The notes beneath the pieces were generated by a model. The model searched no databases and had not been told where the DNA came from. It saw only the letters and a list, made by a program, of their open reading frames with translations. A stretch of 64,000 nt of DNA. Source: Eubacteriales bacterium. GTDB lineage: Bacteria > Bacillota > Clostridia > Oscillospirales > SIG627. How positions within the stretch are numbered: position 1 is the first letter of the stretch; every line of letters starts with the position of its first letter. The position numbers were made by a program, and so were the translations under genes. The stretch covers positions 11,173 to 75,172 of the forward strand of contig JAZSAT010000011.1 in NCBI GenBank assembly GCA_045602025.1. Reading direction: 5' to 3'. Shown piece after piece: positions 55,959-64,000 of this stretch.

Positions 55959-56995
55959 TAGTGAACGGTATCGGTGGAGATCTTTTCCCAATCTGTTCCA
56001 TAGGTGACCTTGATTTTTTCCGCTCTTTTTTGATAAAGCAAAACAAAGTCTTCATCATATGCCCCCGGGTGAAAAACGCCGTCTTCATCAGTAAAGCCAA
56101 AGAGTGCCTCTTGCCGCTTTTTTTCCATCAGAAAAGGGGAATCCTCGATTCTTCTGATGAGGAGAACGCCTTTTTCCGTGAAAATGGGTGAAGAGATTTC
56201 CCCTGTCTTCAAAGAGGCTGCGGCCGAAAAGAGCTCCGGCTCCGTCTGCTTTTTGTCCAAGGAATCGCCTTCTTGAAAAACAAGGTTATTTTCATAGGCT
56301 TTGATCAGTAAATAAAAGTCTTCTCCGTTCTTTAACCTTTCCAGGATCTCTTCGGCTTTTTTCAGGGTTTTCGGAGCGTTTTCCTTTGTTTCACTTTCGG
56401 CGTAGGGCAGAAGGATCCTTTCTGCGGACAGGTAATTCTCTTTAAAATATGCGTAATAGGTATTGGTATCCCAGGCCTCTTTTCCGCCGTCTTCATAAAG
56501 TAAATTGAAAAGCTTCCGGGAAAGAAGGGATTCCTCCAAGGTTTTTTTATAAAGCTCTTCGGTCAGAAAAGAGGCGGAGAGTGTTTCGGAAAAGCCCTCG
56601 TTTTCTTCATAAAATTTCTTGCTTTTTTTCATTTCTTCGGCAACGGTTTTTCGATCGGTTTCGGTGAAGACCACACCGTTTTCCTCAGCGAAAAGCTGGA
56701 TCGCTTCTTTGTCAAGAAGAATGCTGACCACATCGCTTTTTAGCTTTTCTTTGTTTTCTTCATTGTCAAAAAATGAACTGTCGTTTTCCAGGTACATTTT
56801 TTTGTAGTTTAAAAAATAGTAGCGAAACACATCGTAGGAGACGGCTCTTCCATCAAAAAAGAGAAAGCCTTCGGGATAAAAATCACTGTTTTCGGTTTGG
56901 ATCTCGTCGAAGGCTTCGGCAGAGGGGGCTTTTTTCTCGCAGGAAGGGAAAAAAAGAAGCAGTATCAGCATAAAGATAAAAAGGTGTTTTTTCAT
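55958..56995 (-). CDS. PrsA/SurA-like parvulin foldase lipoprotein (degenerate)
   Basis: Lipobox FPSC; ILL, LKNGEDF, LKTGEISSPI...G. Confidence 0.7.
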   Translation of the reverse strand: MKKHLFIFMLILLLFFPSCEKKAPSAEAFDEIQTENSDFYPEGFLFFDGRAVSYDVFRYYFLNYKKMYLENDSSFFDNEENKEKLKSDVVSILLDKEAIQLFAEENGVVFTETDRKTVAEEMKKSKKFYEENEGFSETLSASFLTEELYKKTLEESLLSRKLFNLLYEDGGKEAWDTNTYYAYFKENYLSAERILLPYAESETKENAPKTLKKAEEILERLKNGEDFYLLIKAYENNLVFQEGDSLDKKQTEPELFSAAASLKTGEISSPIFTEKGVLLIRRIEDSPFLMEKKRQEALFGFTDEDGVFHPGAYDEDFVLLYQKRAEKIKVTYGTDWEKISTDTVH

Positions 56996-57096
56996 AAAAA
57001 TCCTTTCTGAAAATGCTCCCCAAAGGGGGCAGACTTGATTTTTTTACGGATATATGATAAAATTTCTTAAAATTTTACGAAAGGAGGAAGCAAATT

Positions 57097-58974
57097 TTGA
57101 AAAAAGAAGAGCTGGAAAAGAACGATTCTTCACTGAAAAATAAGGAGAAAAGGAAGCGATCCGTTGCTGCGGTTTCAAGACGCGCCAGAAAGAAAAAAGC
57201 AGAATCTGCTTCCTCCGAAAAACCGAATTTTACCCAAAGAAAAAAGCTGTTCAAAAAAAGAAGCTTTCGCAGACAGTATGATCTTTTTCGCCAAGGTGGC
57301 TTGGGTGTTATCGATTCCTTTTTCAACGCCTTTTATATTACTCTGACGGAAAAAAGCATCGAAAGAGAAAAACAGCGTTTGGAGGAAGCGGGAGAAGGTG
57401 CCTCCTCCGACCAGAACTTTTTGGAGCATCATTCTCTTGTTTTGCGGCTTTTGTCCTTTTTCCCACGGAAGGTGGGAGAAGCTTTCTCCTGGGCCTTGTC
57501 TTTTTGGAAAAAGGATGGAGGAGAAAAGGTGCACCGCTCCAAAATCGAGTTTTTGCGTCAGCACCGCACGGAGATCGCCGTGATCGCGCTTGCTCTTTTT
57601 GTGGCTGTTTTTGCCGCACTTCAGCTCTCAAAGCCGGTAGTTCTTCGTGCTACCATTGACGGCAAGGTCATTGGAATCGTGGAGAATAAAAACCTGGTTG
57701 ACAGCGCAGTCAATGAACTTGAGGATAATGTGGAGATCATCTTAGGCAAAGCCTTTCATTTTCCCTATGAGATCCGCTATGATTTTGCCCGCGAGCGAGG
57801 AAAAGAGCTTACGGAAAAAAGCAAGGTTTCCGAGACGCTTTATACCTATGTTTCCGACTATATCTGTACCGCGGGCGGACTTTATGTGGATGATATCTTG
57901 GTGGCGGTATGTGAAAGCGAAGAAGAGATCCGAAATGGTCTGGACGAATTTGTGGATGCAAATGCAGTAGGAGGAGAAGCGGGGATCTTCAATGAGATCC
58001 TTGTTGTGACGCAGGCCTATCCTACGGAAAGCATTCTCAGTCACGATGAATTTCAGCTTCTATTAAAGGAGATGGCGACCCCTCTTTCAGAGAGGAAAAA
58101 GGAGCCTGTTCCCGGAGAGGGTGTCGTGACGGACGCCCTTTATCCGAAAGAGGAGGAAACAGAAGAGGTTCCGGCTATGGTGTTGGTTGCCGATTCTGCC
58201 TATGTCCCCGAAGAAAAGGAGATCTCCTATTCCAACTATCCCCAGCCTATTGATGGGATCAAGCTTGACCTTTATACCTTTACCACTGAGACCTATGAAA
58301 CGGTGATTCCTTACAAAACCGTTTATACCGAAAGCAATCAGCATTATACCTGTATGGCAGATGCCACTACCCGCGGCGTCGACGGAAAATCTCAGGTAGA
58401 GGCAAAGATCTATTATGTAGACGGTAAGGAAGTTAAACGCGAGATCATAAGTGAAACGGTGAAAAAAGCTCCCGTGGATCGGGTCATTTCTATCGGTACC
58501 AAGGTTTTGCCCGAGGAAATCGGTCTGTCCGGAATGGGAAGCTATATTGTTCCACGCGTGGGACTTGTCACCTCTTACTACGGAGGGCGTGGCAGCGGAA
58601 TGCATTACGGATGGGATATTCCCGCTGACGAAGGTGAAAATGTATATGCAGCCGCTTCCGGAACGGTAGTGGTAGCCATCAGTCCCGACGGTCCTATGAT
58701 CGGCAACGGTCAAAGTGCCGATTATTTTGTAGAGTACGGATACTGTGTGGTGATCGAGCATGAGGACGGGTATTCCACCTTGTACGCCCATTGCAGTGCT
58801 ATCAGCGTCACCTTGGGACAAGAGGTGAAGCAGGGCGATAAGATCGGAGAGATCGGAAATACGGGCAATTCAAGCGGCAACCATGTGCATTTTGAAGTGA
58901 GAAAAGGCACACGCCGTGTAGACCCCGCTCCCTTCTTTTACCAAGGAAAAACGACCATTTACGATAAAAAATAA
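57097..58974 (+). CDS. Membrane-anchored G5 + M23 peptidoglycan endopeptidase
   Basis: TM segment; G5-like (G..G...YVDGKEV...PVDRVISIGTK); HYGWD, YAHCS, GNTGNSSGNHVHFE. Confidence 0.88.
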   Translation: MKKEELEKNDSSLKNKEKRKRSVAAVSRRARKKKAESASSEKPNFTQRKKLFKKRSFRRQYDLFRQGGLGVIDSFFNAFYITLTEKSIEREKQRLEEAGEGASSDQNFLEHHSLVLRLLSFFPRKVGEAFSWALSFWKKDGGEKVHRSKIEFLRQHRTEIAVIALALFVAVFAALQLSKPVVLRATIDGKVIGIVENKNLVDSAVNELEDNVEIILGKAFHFPYEIRYDFARERGKELTEKSKVSETLYTYVSDYICTAGGLYVDDILVAVCESEEEIRNGLDEFVDANAVGGEAGIFNEILVVTQAYPTESILSHDEFQLLLKEMATPLSERKKEPVPGEGVVTDALYPKEEETEEVPAMVLVADSAYVPEEKEISYSNYPQPIDGIKLDLYTFTTETYETVIPYKTVYTESNQHYTCMADATTRGVDGKSQVEAKIYYVDGKEVKREIISETVKKAPVDRVISIGTKVLPEEIGLSGMGSYIVPRVGLVTSYYGGRGSGMHYGWDIPADEGENVYAAASGTVVVAISPDGPMIGNGQSADYFVEYGYCVVIEHEDGYSTLYAHCSAISVTLGQEVKQGDKIGEIGNTGNSSGNHVHFEVRKGTRRVDPAPFFYQGKTTIYDKK

Positions 58975-59001
58975 CCGCAGATCAAAGGAGGACGGGGAAA
59001 G

Positions 59002-60510
59002 ATGGCAAAAGAGATCCGCTTCCCCGACCTCTTTTTTCGGCAAAGATTAAACGCTGTGGGCATTCCGATGCTCTGCGGCGTTTCTCTTTTTGTCCTTTTT
59101 CCTCGGTGGGCGGCAGTATTTTTGTTTCTTTTGGGAATTGCCGTTCTTGTTTTCGCTGTTTTTGCAAGGGGAGAGAGGCGAAAGATCCTTCTTTGTGTTT
59201 TGACAGGGCTTTCTCTTTCTCTTCTTGTTTGGGGAATTTCGGAAATAGAGCAAAACAAGATGGAGAATACGGTAGGGGAAGAGGTGCTTGCCCAAGGATA
59301 TGTGATCTCTACCGCAGAAGACAGCTTTGACCTTGCTCTTGTAAAGCTTGACGACCACATCTGCTTCAGGACCTTTCGGGTGAAAACGAAGGAGAATCCC
59401 GAGCAGGGCCTGTGCATTCGTACTATTTTGACCGTGACCGAGATCTATCCGGAAAAAGACCGCTCAGAAGGGATCGACTGCCTGGCTTCTGATGAAAAAG
59501 GCCGGGAAACGGTGGGCAAAAGTCTCGTTTTTTCATTCGTATCACAGATCAGAAAAACGCTTTCAGAGGCCTTTTCAAGGGAGGAGGCAGGAGGCTTTCT
59601 TTCTGCCATTCTGCTGGGAGATAAAAGCAAGATCGATTCCGTTCGGGAGGATTTTGAGAAAACAGCTTCTCAGCATATTCTTGCCATTTCCGGACTTCAT
59701 ATTTCTCAGTTTGTCGGTTTTTTCGTGGTTTTGCTTCGTTTTTTGCCTATTGGTCGCCGTACCACCCGTATTTTACTCTTTCCCCTTGTGGGAATTTTGT
59801 TCCTTCTTGGCGGTGCGGGAATTTCTGTGTTCCGTGCGGGCTTTATGACGCTTTTTTCGCTTTCGGCACTTCTGACAAGAAGGAGAGGGGATTCTGTTAC
59901 AAGCCTTATTTTTGCCGCCTCGATTCTGGTGTTATTCAATCCCTATACGATCGAAAATTATTCCTTTCTGTTTTCGTTTTTGTCCACCTTTGCCCTTGTT
60001 ACCTGCGCGGTTCCTTTGAGTGAATATTATACCGATCTGATTCTTGGCGATAAAGAAAAGGAAAGCTTTTTTACAAGAGTTATCGGGAGCACGGTATCAT
60101 CCTTTACGACCGCTTCGGCTGTTTTTGTTTATCTTCTTCCTTTGCAGATCTTATTGATTGGAAATGTGCAGCTTTTTTCACCTTTGTACGCACTGATCCT
60201 GATCCCGCTTTTTCAGTTTTGTCTGATTGGTGCGCTGATCGGCGCGATCTTTGTTTTTCTCCCTTTTTCTGTCCCGCTTCTTTGGAAAGGGATCCTTTCT
60301 GTTCAAGAAGGATTCCTTTTGCTTGTGAGTGCTTTGTCAAAGGCTTCTCCGCCTCTTTTTGATTTGGAACGATATGCTGTGCCTGTTGCACTTATCTTCG
60401 GAATTTTCCTTGCGGCCCTTTTTGTGAGAAAAGAAAAATTAATACACATTCATACACTCCATTTTGCATCGTTTTTATTCTTTGCTTTTTTGTATTTGTT
60501 TTTGTCTTGA
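59002..60510 (+). CDS. comEC: ComEC/Rec2 competence membrane protein (no MBL domain)
   Basis: AILLGDK, HILAISGLHIS, SVFRA.FM, NPY, FLFSF. Confidence 0.8.
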   Translation: MAKEIRFPDLFFRQRLNAVGIPMLCGVSLFVLFPRWAAVFLFLLGIAVLVFAVFARGERRKILLCVLTGLSLSLLVWGISEIEQNKMENTVGEEVLAQGYVISTAEDSFDLALVKLDDHICFRTFRVKTKENPEQGLCIRTILTVTEIYPEKDRSEGIDCLASDEKGRETVGKSLVFSFVSQIRKTLSEAFSREEAGGFLSAILLGDKSKIDSVREDFEKTASQHILAISGLHISQFVGFFVVLLRFLPIGRRTTRILLFPLVGILFLLGGAGISVFRAGFMTLFSLSALLTRRRGDSVTSLIFAASILVLFNPYTIENYSFLFSFLSTFALVTCAVPLSEYYTDLILGDKEKESFFTRVIGSTVSSFTTASAVFVYLLPLQILLIGNVQLFSPLYALILIPLFQFCLIGALIGAIFVFLPFSVPLLWKGILSVQEGFLLLVSALSKASPPLFDLERYAVPVALIFGIFLAALFVRKEKLIHIHTLHFASFLFFAFLYLFLS

Positions 60511-60704
60511 AGCAGAAAAAAGAGCAAATATTGCACAAAATATCTTTCCGAAAACCGTCAATTTGCCGAAAATGAAAAAAAAGAGGAAGAGATGGCAAAA
60601 GGGGAACAATTTCCTCTTGCAAAAATGGAAGAAAACCGCTATAATGATGATAAGTTATTATGGGTAGAAGTCTACTCTTTTACAAACTTCAGGAGGTTCT
60701 GCGA

Positions 60705-63700
60705 ATGTTAAAGAACTCTAAAATGTTGAAAGGCGTTATCATTGCACTTGCTTTTGTACTGGTGCTTGGTGGCGGTGTTTTGCTGAAGGCAGCGGTAGAT
60801 GCAGCAGCGAAGACCGTTATCTTTTATGTTTCCGATGATGGAGACAATACTGCCGGTAAGGATGTGTCAACGGCTTTCACAAGCATTGGCGATGCATTGA
60901 AAAAGGCAAATGAAATGAAGCTTGATCCCGGTATGAAGCTTCGCCTTGTGATCGCGGATACGGTATCCATCTCCACCCAGTATATCGACAACAATATTGT
61001 TGCCAAGGATAACAAGGGTGGAAAGCTTCCCGTAACCGTAACCTCTCTTCACGATGATTCGGACGATAATATGTCCACCATCTATCTGACCTATGTTCAG
61101 GCCAGCAACCTTTTTGAGGACGGTTCTCAGAGAGCGTATGTTGTGAATGACTTTACCTTTAAGGATGTTCGCATCCAGGCAAAGGTTCACAGCACCTATG
61201 TTGCAGGAAACGGCAGTAGCGGCAACAAGGATAACCTTTACCGCATCCGTTATTTCCGTGTGGTAAACAGCAATGTGGTTTTTGATAACTGCCACTTGAC
61301 CTCCGACCTTGGTGATACGGTTCCCTGGACCATTCTGGGCGACAATATGACTGCCACCGATGCCAAGAGAGATACATTTTTAACCATCAAAAACCGCGAT
61401 CTTTCTCATGTAAAGGTCCATTTGGTTGAGGGTGCGATCTGCCCCAATTACAGTGTTTATTTCCATGGCGAAAATGTTAAGCTGGCTGAGTTTTATATTC
61501 TGAAAAGAACCACTACCACCGAAACACAGGATGTCCAGAAGGTAGAAGCCAATTTTAAGAACTGTACCTTGGGTAATCTTTACCTTTCCAGTAGCGGCGG
61601 CCATCTGACGGTTGCCGACGGCGTTGTGGTCAATGCGGAAAACACCGAGATCCTTAAGATGGCAGGCTCTTCCAGTACACCTACTGTATGTTCTGATGTT
61701 ACCTACAACTTTACCGACTGTGTCATTCACGGTCATGAAGATCTTTCCAAGATGGCATTTTTTGCCCCCAAGGGTAAGCTTTACGGAGATATCACGCTTA
61801 ATATTAAAGATACCGATTTTGCCGTAACATCTGGTTCCATTTATGCCGTGGGCAACGGCGGTAAAATTTACGGCAATGTATACAATAACATTTCCGGAAA
61901 CTCCAAGTTTAATATGCTCGTAGGCGGCAACTACAATGAAGGCGATATTGACGGAAGCATTTACACAAATATTGAGGATGCTACCGTAGGCGGAAACTTC
62001 TTTGGCGGTAACTACAACGGCGGTTCCGTGATCTCTATCTCCAACACGGTCAAAAAGACAAACTTCAAAGCAAATCTTTACTTTGGCGGCCGTAAAGGCA
62101 CGGTAAGAAACAATGTAACCACCGATATTTCCGATTCTTCCTGCACGACTGCGTATTTCGGCAACAATGTGGCAGATTTCGGAGAACCGAACCGCAAGAT
62201 CTCCTACCGCGTTAAAAGTGTGGTGAAGGACTGCACCTTCCTCAACTTCTACGGAGGCTCCGCATCGTCCTCCATTACTGCAAAAGAGGAGGACGGTAAA
62301 TACGCCAACGGTACCGTTGAGACCTATCTCAGCGGTGATATAACGGTGCAATATTTCTATGGCGGCGGTGGCGGCGGTAAGATCGACGCGATCAAAACTG
62401 TGTTTGACAGCAAGATTACTTATTCAAAGCCCAGCGACCCCATTACCTGCGGTGGATCCAATTCGGGTGATGTAGGCTCGATTCATAACATCATTGAAGA
62501 TGGCGCAGACCTGCAAAACTTCATGGGTGCGAACAACGGCGGCGGCAGGATCGACAGTGTTACCACCGTTGTAAACGGCGGTAAGATCACAGACTTTATC
62601 GGCGGCGGCAGAAATGCTGCGGCGAATATCGGTATCATTAAGAACTTCTTTACCGGCGGTACCATTGTTCCCAGTGTGAAAAAGGTGGAAGGTAAAGACA
62701 CAAAGACCTCGGTCTATTTAGGTAACAGTGGAACTGCAACTAAGGATAACACGCCCAAGGTTGAAACCATTGAAAATGTTTTCGGCAGTGCAGACTTCAG
62801 TGCAACCGGCAATGCTTTTTGCGGAAGCAAGGATGGCATTGTTGTAAATTCCATTACTAATGTGTTCGAGGGCAATGCAGGCAAGGTCTTCAAGGGCGGC
62901 GATTGGTTTTTCGGCGGAAACGACGGAGCGAAATTTGCTGATCCTACCGTTGCCATTTCCTGTCGAATCAAGAATGTTTTATCTAATGCTGACTTTATCC
63001 GTTTTGTAGGCAGCTCTGCCAGTGCGGTGGAGGGTGCCGGCGCTCTTGGTACTGTTGAGAACTATTTCGGCAACGGCTTGTACTTTGATATCAGTAGCTA
63101 CGGCGGCGGTTACAATAATAAGGTAAATACCGTCAAGAACCTGATCGACGGCAAGGTTACCGGTACTTTCATTTGCGGCGGCAGCGTTCAGGCAGATGTA
63201 GATACCATTCAGAACATTATTGAAAGCGGCGCAGACATTACTGCCTTCCATGGAACAAATAACAACAAAGGCAAGGTAGGCAGTGTAGTAAACCTTGTAA
63301 AGGGCGGTAAGATTCAGAACTTCCACGGCGGCGGCAGAAATGTTCCGGTTGAAACCGATAGCATTAAGAACTACTTCTACGGTGGTTCCGTTACCGAAAA
63401 TGCATACTGTGCCGGTGACAGAGGTGTTTCTCCTTCTGTAGAAAACTATTTCTACGGTACAAACTTTAAAAATCTCTACGGCGGCGCAAAGGGAGCTAAG
63501 GTTGAACCGGATCCCAATGATCCCACCAAGATCGTTCCCGAAACTGCAATTACTTCTATTAAGAACCACTTCAATGGCGGTACGGTTTCCGGTGTTTGCT
63601 ACGGCGGAAGCGGAATAAACAAGGTAACTTCCATTGAGAACCTGTTCGAGGCTACCAAGTTTACAGGTGAATCTGTTTACGGCGGTAACAAGGACGGTGC

Positions 63701-64000
63701 TTTGGATCGCGTTCAGAACCTTTTCAAGAGTGATATTTCCAAGGCCGGCTTTGTTTGCGGCGGTAGTGCCTCCGGCGAAGTAAAGACTGTCAGCAATAAC
63801 ATCGTAAAGGGTGCAAAGATCGCTTCCTTCTACGGTAACAACAATAGCGACGGTGCCGGAACGGTTGATACCGTTGTGAATACCCTGAGCGGCGGTTCTG
63901 TCGGCAACTTTGTCGGCGGCGGCAACGGTACCTTTACTCTCGGTTCTGTGAAAAACAACTTCATCAAAGGTAATGTAACCGGCGATGTTTTCTGCGGCAG
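60705..64000 (+). CDS. Very large secreted glycine-repeat (beta-solenoid-like) protein, truncated by the window end
   Basis: AGGAGG RBS, ATG 60705, signal peptide MLKNSKMLKGVIIALAFVLVLGGG..., FYVSDDG...AFTSIGDAL, many F/YxGG repeats; same frame at 64000 (>1090 codons) and no stop noticed. Confidence 0.85.
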   Translation, partial: MLKNSKMLKGVIIALAFVLVLGGGVLLKAAVDAAAKTVIFYVSDDGDNTAGKDVSTAFTSIGDALKKANEMKLDPGMKLRLVIADTVSISTQYIDNNIVAKDNKGGKLPVTVTSLHDDSDDNMSTIYLTYVQASNLFEDGSQRAYVVNDFTFKDVRIQAKVHSTYVAGNGSSGNKDNLYRIRYFRVVNSNVVFDNCHLTSDLGDTVPWTILGDNMTATDAKRDTFLTIKNRDLSHVKVHLVEGAICPNYSVYFHGENVKLAEFYILKRTTTTETQDVQKVEANFKNCTLGNLYLSSSGGHLTVADGVVVNAENTEILKMAGSSSTPTVCSDVTYNFTDCVIHGHEDLSKMAFFAPKGKLYGDITLNIKDTDFAVTSGSIYAVGNGGKIYGNVYNNISGNSKFNMLVGGNYNEGDIDGSIYTNIEDATVGGNFFGGNYNGGSVISISNTVKKTNFKANLYFGGRKGTVRNNVTTDISDSSCTTAYFGNNVADFGEPNRKISYRVKSVVKDCTFLNFYGGSASSSITAKEEDGKYANGTVETYLSGDITVQYFYGGGGGGKIDAIKTVFDSKITYSKPSDPITCGGSNSGDVGSIHNIIEDGADLQNFMGANNGGGRIDSVTTVVNGGKITDFIGGGRNAAANIGIIKNFFTGGTIVPSVKKVEGKDTKTSVYLGNSGTATKDNTPKVETIENVFGSADFSATGNAFCGSKDGIVVNSITNVFEGNAGKVFKGGDWFFGGNDGAKFADPTVAISCRIKNVLSNADFIRFVGSSASAVEGAGALGTVENYFGNGLYFDISSYGGGYNNKVNTVKNLIDGKVTGTFICGGSVQADVDTIQNIIESGADITAFHGTNNNKGKVGSVVNLVKGGKIQNFHGGGRNVPVETDSIKNYFYGGSVTENAYCAGDRGVSPSVENYFYGTNFKNLYGGAKGAKVEPDPNDPTKIVPETAITSIKNHFNGGTVSGVCYGGSGINKVTSIENLFEATKFTGESVYGGNKDGALDRVQNLFKSDISKAGFVCGGSASGEVKTVSNNIVKGAKIASFYGNNNSDGAGTVDTVVNTLSGGSVGNFVGGGNGTFTLGSVKNNFIKGNVTGDVFCG

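Noticed and set aside
60824-63569. Minus-strand ORFs (142, 323, 196 aa etc.)
   Set aside because: Antisense shadows of the large plus-strand gene starting at 60705.

Overview
Chromosomal window from a spore-forming Clostridia-like Firmicute (cotJ operon, sigma-A promoters, Firmicute-type tRNAs). Housekeeping content: a TPP-riboswitch thi operon (thiS-F-G-H-E-D-C), a his operon headed by a TrpR-like regulator, a lysine-riboswitch dapA-lysC-lysA operon, 8 tRNAs, two two-component systems, transporters, cotJABC, HU, comEC and a giant secreted glycine-repeat protein running off the right edge (missed by the ORF track). No integrase, transposase, reverse transcriptase, cas gene or CRISPR array is visible. 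Most unusual signals: (1) behind tRNA-Gly(CCC), a 173-bp mirror-symmetric array of TGATAT/ATATCA-punctuated hairpins whose right end supplies the -35 of a four-helix-bundle (Avd/IVP-like) gene, in a mini-island bracketed by inverted copies of one hairpin; (2) the thi operon lies between two diverged copies of a CE15-like esterase 3' end, with a second, decapitated four-helix-bundle gene fused at the junction; (3) a calcineurin-like metallophosphoesterase inside a his operon lacking any recognisable histidinol-phosphate phosphatase, plus a HisZ-HisG fusion; (4) an isolated phage holin/tail/amidase module; (5) a CotJA with a Cys-rich repeat extension. All calls come from reading motifs by eye; no database searches were run.
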